64,000 nucleotides of DNA from positions 210,698-274,697 of the forward strand of contig MGEI01000005.1 in NCBI GenBank assembly GCA_001791305.1. Direction: 5' to 3'. Position numbers and translations under genes: made by a program. Positions 1-6,877 of the stretch are shown piece by piece; the first letter of the stretch is position 1; every line of letters starts with the position of its first letter. The DNA is from Candidatus Uhrbacteria bacterium RIFCSPLOWO2_01_FULL_47_17 (lineage in GTDB: Bacteria > Patescibacteriota > Patescibacteriia > UBA9934 > GWF2-40-263). Under the pieces are notes generated by a model, which saw only the letters and a list, made by a program, of their open reading frames with translations, ran no database searches and was not told the origin of the DNA.

Positions 1-587
1 AGCTTGCAAAGATTGCATTTGTTCGTCAGACCAAACCGCTCGGTGACGGTCACGCAATTCTCTCCGCACTCCCATTTGTGGAAAAACACGAACCAGTCGC
101 CATTCTCTTTGGAGATGACATCATCGACGGGAAGGTTCCTGCCCTCAAACAGTTGATCGATGTGTACAATGAATACGAATCACCCGTCATCGCCCTTCAA
201 AAAGTTCCAAAGAAAGATGTCTCGAGCTATGGCGTTATTGGTGGAAAAAAAATGAAAGGTGGCTCCTGGCAAATCGATCGCTTTGTCGAAAAACCCACCG
301 TTGCGGAAGCGCCATCAGATTTGATCGTGATCGGCCGATACATCATCACCCCAGAAGTCATGGAAATGTTGCCGAAAGTTGCTGCGGGAAAAGATGGCGA
401 GATTCGCTTGGCGGACGCATTCGCCAAACATCTCGCAAACGGAAAAGTCCTTTATGGTTGTCAGTTCGATGGCACACGCTATGACTGCGGATCCAAACTC
501 GGATTTGTAAAAGCGCAAATCGAACTTGGACTGAAGCATAAAGACATTGGTTCTGAATTGAAAAAGTATTTGAAAACACTGAAGTGA
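1..587 (+). CDS. galU: UTP--glucose-1-phosphate uridylyltransferase, C-terminal part (5' end lies outside the window)
   Basis: The reading frame is open from base 3. The translation 'LGDGHAILSALPFVEKHEPVAILFGDDIIDGK...GRYIITPEVMEML' matches the conserved GalU core. The ORF track shows the 78..587 portion. Confidence 0.8.
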   Translation, partial: LAKIAFVRQTKPLGDGHAILSALPFVEKHEPVAILFGDDIIDGKVPALKQLIDVYNEYESPVIALQKVPKKDVSSYGVIGGKKMKGGSWQIDRFVEKPTVAEAPSDLIVIGRYIITPEVMEMLPKVAAGKDGEIRLADAFAKHLANGKVLYGCQFDGTRYDCGSKLGFVKAQIELGLKHKDIGSELKKYLKTLK

Positions 588-1975
588 ACTATATGACCAC
601 ACGGAGGAATCTTTCAAAATTGATTGCCGCTTTGTCCCTTGTGACCTTGCTTGGCGCAGGTTGCGGTGGACCGTCTGCTGCACAAATTGCGGCATCAAAA
701 CCCGTCAGTCTTGTTGTCTGGCGCGTGTTTGATTCAGATGACGTCATACAACCCGTGATGGCTGCGTATCAAAAAATTCATCCGAATGTTTCGTTTGAGT
801 ATCGTGAATTGCGTTCAGACGAATTTAAAAACGAACTCTTACGCGCCCTTGCCGAAGGAAACGGTCCGGATATTTTTTCTGTGAATAACGCATGGATTGG
901 GGAATATCAGTCCCTCATGACGCCCCTTCCTTCTTCCCTTAAAATTCCGTATTCAGAAGTGCGTGGAACGATTAAAAAAGAAACCATTTATACCGTAAAA
1001 GAACAGCCAACCATTTCTCTCCGATCCTTAAAAACAGATTTTATTGATGTTGTGGCAACAGACGTGCTCAGACCTTTTCAAGAAAACACCAAAGCCCCTG
1101 TCACAGACCGCATCTTTGGACTTCCGCTTGCGGTTGATAACCTCGCCCTTTACTACAACAAAGATTTGCTGAACGCCGCTGGATTTCCTGAGCCACCAAA
1201 AACCTGGACACAATTTCAAGAACAAACAACCAAATTAACGCGCATTGGAACCGGAGGTGAAATCCTCCAGTCCGGTGCAGCACTTGGAACAAGTAAAAAC
1301 GTGGAACGCGCATCAGACATTCTTTCGCTCCTCATGATGCAAAACGGAACACAAATGACCGATGAACGCGGCGTTGCTACGTTTGCAAACGCAAACCAAG
1401 AAAGACAAATTGTTGGATTAGATGCAGTCAATTTCTACACAGATTTTGCAAACCCAACCAAACAGGTCTACAGCTGGAATGCAAAACAACCAAATTCCTT
1501 TGACGCATTCACCGCTGGAAAAACTGCCTTCTTCTTTGGATATTCCTACCACGCACCGCTCATTCGCGCGGGCGCACCAAAACTTCCGTTTGCGATTGCA
1601 ACGGTGCCACAAATTGAAGGCGGAAAAAATGTTAACTACGCAAACTACTGGATTGAAACCGTTTCAAAAGCCTCTGAAAATCCAGATTTTGCCTGGGACT
1701 TTATCCAATTTGCCGCAAGCGCAGAACAAGTTCCGGCTTACCTCACGGCCGCACGCAAACCGCCTGCTCGTCGTGCCCTCATCAATTCGCAAATGCAGGA
1801 CGAAGATCTTTCCATTTTTGCCTCACAACTTCTCACAGCCAAAAGTTGGTACAAAGGAAAAAATGCATCCGTTGCGGAAGGGGCGCTCCTTGATTTGATC
1901 AACGCGGTTCTTCTTGCGGAAGACGGAAATAAGGCCATGCAGGAAGCACAAAATAAAGTGAATCAGACGCTTTAA
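584..1975 (+). CDS. ABC transporter extracellular solute-binding lipoprotein (probably sugar/oligosaccharide family)
   Basis: 463 aa with an N-terminal lipoprotein signal (LVTLLGAGCGG) and family-1 solute-binding-protein architecture. The start overlaps the galU stop by 4 nt. Confidence 0.7.
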   Translation: MNYMTTRRNLSKLIAALSLVTLLGAGCGGPSAAQIAASKPVSLVVWRVFDSDDVIQPVMAAYQKIHPNVSFEYRELRSDEFKNELLRALAEGNGPDIFSVNNAWIGEYQSLMTPLPSSLKIPYSEVRGTIKKETIYTVKEQPTISLRSLKTDFIDVVATDVLRPFQENTKAPVTDRIFGLPLAVDNLALYYNKDLLNAAGFPEPPKTWTQFQEQTTKLTRIGTGGEILQSGAALGTSKNVERASDILSLLMMQNGTQMTDERGVATFANANQERQIVGLDAVNFYTDFANPTKQVYSWNAKQPNSFDAFTAGKTAFFFGYSYHAPLIRAGAPKLPFAIATVPQIEGGKNVNYANYWIETVSKASENPDFAWDFIQFAASAEQVPAYLTAARKPPARRALINSQMQDEDLSIFASQLLTAKSWYKGKNASVAEGALLDLINAVLLAEDGNKAMQEAQNKVNQTL

Positions 1976-1980
1976 GACAT

Positions 1981-2640
1981 ATGAAAAAACTTGCTACCAT
2001 TTTCCTTACGCTTGTTCTCCTTATCGCCCCGTCGATGAGTTTTGCGGCGTATGTGAGTGAAAACTGTCCGGGTGATCCCCTTTCCACAACCGTGCTCTGT
2101 CCAAAAGAAAGTGTGGGATGGTTTATGCAAGGCATTACAAACGCCTGCGGTAATGCAGGCAACTGCACGCTCAATGATCTCATGACTGTGGTCGCAAACG
2201 TTGGAAATTTTGTGCTCAGAATCATTGGAGCGGTCGTGCTTTTCATGTATGTTCTTGGAGGATTCTGGTATCTTGTGTCTCATGGAGATCCCAAGCTTGT
2301 TGAAAAAGGAAAAACCGCACTGAAAGTTTCAACAACAGGTCTCGTGATTGTGATGTTCGCTTATCTTGGTGTCACAACGCTCAAAAAATACATTACCAAT
2401 CAAGCGTCCACTGGCCTAGGAGGAGTAACCTATGTTGCCTCGTGCAGCGCAAGCACAGAAGGACAGGCGTGTGCGCTCAATAAAAAATGTGCAGGGGGTA
2501 CATGTATTGAACTGTGTACAGTAGATTACAGCGGAACCTATAGTTGTGTGGAAAAAAATGTGGTTGATGCAAGCAAACTCAGTTCCTGTGTTCCAAATAA
2601 GTGCTCTTCCTCTGTTGATACCTTGTGTTGCCCTCCTTAA
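1981..2640 (+). CDS. TrbC/VirB2-like 'T4SS pilin' family membrane protein, paralog 1, with a Cys-rich C-terminal extension
   Basis: Signal peptide, then the conserved core 'GGFWYLVSHGDPKLVEKGKTALKVSTTGLVIVMFAYLGVTTL' shared with four downstream paralogs. The C-terminal ~70 aa contain 14 Cys. Confidence 0.65.
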   Translation: MKKLATIFLTLVLLIAPSMSFAAYVSENCPGDPLSTTVLCPKESVGWFMQGITNACGNAGNCTLNDLMTVVANVGNFVLRIIGAVVLFMYVLGGFWYLVSHGDPKLVEKGKTALKVSTTGLVIVMFAYLGVTTLKKYITNQASTGLGGVTYVASCSASTEGQACALNKKCAGGTCIELCTVDYSGTYSCVEKNVVDASKLSSCVPNKCSSSVDTLCCPP

Positions 2641-2650
2641 ACGTCCCCTT

Positions 2651-2989
2651 ATGAATATCTCCTCGAAAAAAATAGCCATTGCAACATATCTTATCTTTTT
2701 ATTGCCTCTTGTGACGCATGCAGAACTCATTAACCCACTTGGAACCACAAGCATTGAAGGCTTCATTGGCCGCCTCATTAAAGCGATTCTCGGCCTTTCC
2801 GGATCTGTTGCGCTTCTCATGTTTGTTTGGGGAGGGTTTCAATATCTCTGGTCTGGAGGAGATCCAAAGAAAGTCGAGAAAGGAAAAGAGACGCTCAAAA
2901 ATGCCGTGCTTGGAATCGTGATCATCTTCTTTTCCTACACTCTCGTGAACACTCTCATCAAAATTCTCGCAACCGGAGCTGTGACGTAG
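2651..2989 (+). CDS. TrbC/VirB2-like pilin family protein, paralog 2
   Basis: Starts at the ATG at 2651 (MNISSKKIAIATYLIFLLPLVTHA), a signal peptide. Core motif 'WGGFQYLWSGGDPKKVEKGKETLKNAVLGIVIIFFSYTLVNTL'. The track ORF 2546..2989 has a 5' extension that overlaps paralog 1 and was rejected. Confidence 0.65.
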   Translation: MNISSKKIAIATYLIFLLPLVTHAELINPLGTTSIEGFIGRLIKAILGLSGSVALLMFVWGGFQYLWSGGDPKKVEKGKETLKNAVLGIVIIFFSYTLVNTLIKILATGAVT

Positions 2990-3032
2990 TTTTCGTCTCA
3001 CTGTGGATATCTTCCATATCAAAAATTCCAAA

Positions 3033-3062
3033 AAAACGATAAAATAGCTTTATCGTTTTTTC
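3033..3062 (+). terminator. Rho-independent terminator after pilin paralog 2
   Basis: Hairpin AAAAAACGATAAAatagctTTATCGTTTTTT, i.e. stem ACGATAAA/TTTATCGT followed by a T-run. Confidence 0.6.
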
Positions 3063-3121
3063 TATTCAAAAAATTTTTAATCTGTTTGTTCGGGAGTAGA
3101 CCCCTCCCCTACCTCATTTCT

Positions 3122-3568
3122 ATGAAGAAGATCTCACAAAAAATCAGTCACAGCGTCCTTCGTGCTTCTGTCGCTGCGTCTCTTGCTGTTCCAGCCATGC
3201 TCGGATTCGCCGGAAAGGCGTTCGCGGCGGATGGTGCATTAACAGCAGATGAACTGTTTGGAGGTGCTGACCAAGGAGACGGAGCAGATTTTGCTGGAGC
3301 TTCAGGTCTGAGCTCAGGAAACCTTATTGACACTATTTCTTCCATCATTCGTGTCGCTCTCGGATTCCTGGGTGTTATTGCCGTGGTTATCATTCTTCTC
3401 GGAGGATTTAAGTGGATGACTTCTGGCGGAAATGATGAAAAAGTAAAGAAAGCAAAACAACTCATCTTCCAAGGAATTATCGGACTCGTCATTGTCCTTT
3501 CTTCCTACGCCATCGCTTCGTTCGTTATTACATCCATTACAACCGCTACAGCTGGAAGCGCAACGTAA
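3122..3568 (+). CDS. TrbC/VirB2-like pilin family protein, paralog 3
   Basis: Start chosen at MKKISQKISHSVLRASVAASLAVPAMLGFAGKAFA (signal peptide). Core 'GGFKWMTSGGNDEKVKKAKQLIFQGIIGLVIVLSSYAIASFVITSI'. Confidence 0.65.
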   Translation: MKKISQKISHSVLRASVAASLAVPAMLGFAGKAFAADGALTADELFGGADQGDGADFAGASGLSSGNLIDTISSIIRVALGFLGVIAVVIILLGGFKWMTSGGNDEKVKKAKQLIFQGIIGLVIVLSSYAIASFVITSITTATAGSAT

Positions 3569-3691
3569 AAATTTCATTTTTCATTTCCCCATTCTTAAAT
3601 GGGGATTTGCATGAGTGGATCAGCTTGATCCTTTCATGCGAATGCAAATTTTTCGAAGCGGGGTCGGGGACCCCACCCATAACACACGTCT

Positions 3692-4078
3692 ATGAAAAGA
3701 TTCCCGATTTTCCTTAGTGTTCTCTTTCAGGTCTTTGTCCTTTCAAAGTTACCGGCGTTTGCCGGAGCGGCAGATCCTGCCAGCATTTTAACCGGAGGGT
3801 TAAATGACGCGGCAAAAGATTCTGGGTTTAATCAAACCTTGAGTCTACCCGCGCTCATTGGACGCTTCATTGGTGTCATGCTTGGGCTCATGGGAATCAT
3901 TTTTATTGTGTATCTTGTCTGGGCCGGCATCATGTACATGACCGCAGCCGGAGATGACACAAAGGTCAAAAAAGCAAAGCAAATGATCAATCAATCCATC
4001 ATCGGAATCATCATCATGGTTTCTGCCTACGCCATCTCAAGCTTCATCATTTCTCAACTTACAACCGCCGTTAAATAA
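3692..4078 (+). CDS. TrbC/VirB2-like pilin family protein, paralog 4
   Basis: Signal peptide, then core 'AGIMYMTAAGDDTKVKKAKQMINQSIIGIIIMVSAYAISSFIISQL'. Confidence 0.7.
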   Translation: MKRFPIFLSVLFQVFVLSKLPAFAGAADPASILTGGLNDAAKDSGFNQTLSLPALIGRFIGVMLGLMGIIFIVYLVWAGIMYMTAAGDDTKVKKAKQMINQSIIGIIIMVSAYAISSFIISQLTTAVK

Positions 4079-4111
4079 TCCTTTACACACTGAACCCTAA
4101 TCAACATCTGT

Positions 4112-4522
4112 ATGTTAAAAAATAGTTATCTCAAATTCGGCGCAATGATCGGTTCACTTCCAGCTCTCATTCTTCCCCTTTCTGTTTCTGCTGGTGCAAC
4201 CGCAGCGCCAGGTCAAGGTCTTAATGCTTCTCAAGGCTCTCTCACAACTATTAAAGAAGGGGCGGGTATCACTGCAGGCGCATCGGACCTTCCAACCTTA
4301 ATCGGAAGAATCATTGGTGTTCTTCTTGGAGTCATGGGTATTATCTTGGTTATTTACATTGTTCTTGCGGGTATCACGTACATGACGGCAGGAGGAGATG
4401 ACGCAAAGGTCAAGAAAGCAAAGGCGATGATTCAAACCTCTGTTGTTGGTATCATCATCATCGTTGCGGCGTACTCCATTTCCAGTTTCGTTATTTCACA
4501 GATTATTACAGCAACCGCATAA
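4112..4522 (+). CDS. TrbC/VirB2-like pilin family protein, paralog 5
   Basis: Signal peptide, then core 'AGITYMTAGGDDAKVKKAKAMIQTSVVGIIIIVAAYSISSFVISQI'. It is nearly identical to paralog 4 in the core. Confidence 0.7.
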   Translation: MLKNSYLKFGAMIGSLPALILPLSVSAGATAAPGQGLNASQGSLTTIKEGAGITAGASDLPTLIGRIIGVLLGVMGIILVIYIVLAGITYMTAGGDDAKVKKAKAMIQTSVVGIIIIVAAYSISSFVISQIITATA

Positions 4523-4632
4523 ATACTACGGGGAAAACGGGGCGCAAAAACGTCCTGTTTTTTTGTTCCAATGAAAAAGCCCCGACACCCTTACAGCGAT
4601 TTGCTGTTTTGGATGCCGAGGCAAGGTTGAGA

Positions 4633-5490
4633 TCAGTACTGAGGATCACCCGTTCGAGCGCTGATCGACAGGCGCCCCGAATGGTTGCTGACCGAGTTGT
4701 CGTGGAAGATGGTCCGCCTTGGATTCCCCCAGACGATCTGGAGCGGAAACCCGGGAACCACGATGGTGGAAACTGGAGTCAGGTAGACAAGTTCGATCAC
4801 GTCTCCTTGCTGGTAGCCAAGGAAGATCGTGTCGACTTCAGACGGGTCAATTCCCTTTGCAGGATCTTGGTCCGCCTTCTTGTCGCCGTTCAGGTCCGTA
4901 TAGAAATCCACGAACCGAACTCCTGCGGGTCCTGGGCCTTTGTGTGCGATGGCAAGCAACTGGCCGTTCTTGCGAACAACCACACGCTGCATTCCCGCAC
5001 GAGCAAACCACTTGAGCCCACCCGAGTTGATCGAGTGAAGTTCCGCATGAAACGGAGTCCCACCAAACATGTTCCAGGTTGCGGCTGCGTAGTTGCCGAC
5101 AGGCTCGATGACCTGGGAAGGAGCGTCCATCATGTACAGAGGCATTGCGGCCGCCGGCATGATTGGCGTAACTTCACCCGGAGGCAGAACCGCTTTGGGG
5201 GCGGATTCGAGCGCCTTCAGGGACTTCGACACCCGAGCGAGTTCGGCTTCGAACTTGTCGCTCTTTTTCGCCTTGGCCTTGAGGACGAGGACGTCCACTT
5301 CGAGGAAGCACCTCTCTTGCGCAAGTGCGACCACGAGTTTGTCGGTCGTGGGAACGATCGCTGGATTGTACTTCGTCACGCAGACCGACTTGTCGGCTGC
5401 GATCTCGGCGTCCGTCGGAATCGCTGCCACTTCGGCGAGCGCGATCGAAGACACGAGGGACAGGACGAGGGAAACGATGATCTTGAACAT
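4633..5490 (-). CDS. Secreted hypothetical protein (signal peptide), in a GC-rich segment
   Basis: 285 aa, N-terminus MFKIIVSLVLSLVSSIALAEVAA. Local GC is visibly higher than the flanks. The long plus-strand ORFs here are shadows. Confidence 0.55.
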   Translation of the reverse strand: MFKIIVSLVLSLVSSIALAEVAAIPTDAEIAADKSVCVTKYNPAIVPTTDKLVVALAQERCFLEVDVLVLKAKAKKSDKFEAELARVSKSLKALESAPKAVLPPGEVTPIMPAAAMPLYMMDAPSQVIEPVGNYAAATWNMFGGTPFHAELHSINSGGLKWFARAGMQRVVVRKNGQLLAIAHKGPGPAGVRFVDFYTDLNGDKKADQDPAKGIDPSEVDTIFLGYQQGDVIELVYLTPVSTIVVPGFPLQIVWGNPRRTIFHDNSVSNHSGRLSISARTGDPQY

Positions 5491-5559
5491 GGGAACTCCC
5501 GTGGTCCGAGTCGGACCGATTGTCTGTTTCAGACCGACTCGGAACCGTTCCTTGTCGAT

Positions 5560-6123
5560 CTATTTTCCGTACACCTTCTTGCGCACCTCTTTGAGGTTTT
5601 GCGCAGCGCATGCAGCGACTTCACCGTCTGTGCCAGGCGGACGTCCGCTCGGACACGCTGTCAGACCTCCGCCTGCCACTTGCGCGGCTTGCGGTTGGCT
5701 TAGCAAGGAAACCGGTACCTCACCGAGTCGCGGAAGTTGTCCCGGCACGTAGCCAAGGCTTGCCGCTTCTGCTGCGAGGATCGCAGGCGAGACGCCGTAT
5801 GGATTGGCGCCGTACGTTCCGTACGCGCCGTAGCCGTAGGTGTACCCAGCCTGGACATCAGAACGAACCGCGTCCTGGCCGAGCGTCGCCGGCATGCCTT
5901 TCGCGATCGCCGCTTGCGCGACGTCGCCAGACTGCAAGGTCTGCACACGCCGCGTTTCCGCATCGAGCAGGTTCCGAGCTCCGCCCGAGGTGCCACTGAA
6001 GTTCACCTCGAGCTTGGTCGTCCGAGCCGGCTTTCCCGCTTGCGCAGGCTCCGTCTCAACGATCGAGGTTTTCATCTGGGCGCAACTTGCGCACAGGAGC
6101 AAACTGAGTGCCAAGAATTTCAT
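5560..6123 (-). CDS. Gly/Tyr-rich secreted lipoprotein-like hypothetical protein
   Basis: 187 aa with signal and lipobox-like N-terminus MKFLALSLLLCASCAQ, and a low-complexity YTYGYGAYGTYGANPYG region. GC-rich. Confidence 0.5.
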   Translation of the reverse strand: MKFLALSLLLCASCAQMKTSIVETEPAQAGKPARTTKLEVNFSGTSGGARNLLDAETRRVQTLQSGDVAQAAIAKGMPATLGQDAVRSDVQAGYTYGYGAYGTYGANPYGVSPAILAAEAASLGYVPGQLPRLGEVPVSLLSQPQAAQVAGGGLTACPSGRPPGTDGEVAACAAQNLKEVRKKVYGK

Positions 6124-6379
6124 GGCCGTCCTTGTGCCGACTCGTCACACGACTGTCGGTTCTGAGAATGTGTTTTCCGATCCTTTCGGAAAAACAGAGA
6201 TTCGTTAAAGGCACGAAGAAGCTTTGAACCGTTGATTTCAAGCCTTTTTCGCATCTTCAACCATTCTTTGTAACGGCTTACTATACCATAAAAATGCCAT
6301 TTTGTCAAGGTATTATGGCCTTTTTCTTGACTTTTTGGCTGTTTTTTCGTGTAATGACAAAGCCATTTGGAGGCATTTC

Positions 6380-6772
6380 ATGAATGACGAGCCGTTTGGG
6401 CATCTCACGCACCTCAAGCAATTTCGTGACGAAGAAAAATCCTATCAGGAGCTTTTGCGAACCGCCCGTCGTATTGTTCGCGAGCGACAATTCTCTGGCA
6501 CGTTCCTTGCAGAAGATCTTTTGGCACGCGACCGTATATTTGGGTTGCTCAAAAAGCAAAACTTTAAAAACATGGATGAAACGCCCGTGAAATGGGAACG
6601 TCTCAAAGCCTTGTACGAAAAGCCGCAGACAGACGATCAAAAAAATTTAGAAACACTGTTGCTCATTCGATCCTTTTTGTTTTATGCCGTGGAACGTCAT
6701 GATGTCTATCGAACACCACTTGTTGGATCTCCACATGCGGTTCAGGGCTTTGCCTTCAGTAAAACCGGTTAA
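6380..6772 (+). CDS. Hypothetical protein
   Basis: Start moved to the ATG at 6380, preceded by GGAGG 6 nt upstream. A TTGACT..TGTAAT promoter-like pair lies at 6318-6350. No recognisable domain. Confidence 0.5.
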   Translation: MNDEPFGHLTHLKQFRDEEKSYQELLRTARRIVRERQFSGTFLAEDLLARDRIFGLLKKQNFKNMDETPVKWERLKALYEKPQTDDQKNLETLLLIRSFLFYAVERHDVYRTPLVGSPHAVQGFAFSKTG

Positions 6773-6877
6773 ACAAATAGCACATCGTCTTCCTGCCACC
6801 CTTCGCTGAAGCTTCGGGTGGCTTTTCTTTTTCCAGAAAATAAAAAATCGAAGGGGGTTAGCCTTCGACAGAGAATC

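Noticed and set aside
2546-2650. 5' extension of pilin paralog 2 given in the ORF track (start 2546)
   Set aside because: It overlaps the Cys-rich tail of paralog 1 in another frame. The ATG at 2651 yields a canonical signal peptide like the other paralogs.
4609-6208. Long plus-strand ORFs (364 aa, 219 aa, 129 aa, 142 aa, 122 aa) overlapping the minus-strand secreted-protein genes
   Set aside because: They lie in a GC-rich segment where stop codons are rare in all frames. Their translations are Arg/Gly/Ser-rich low-complexity strings with no signal or motif. The minus-strand ORFs have signal peptides and sensible composition.
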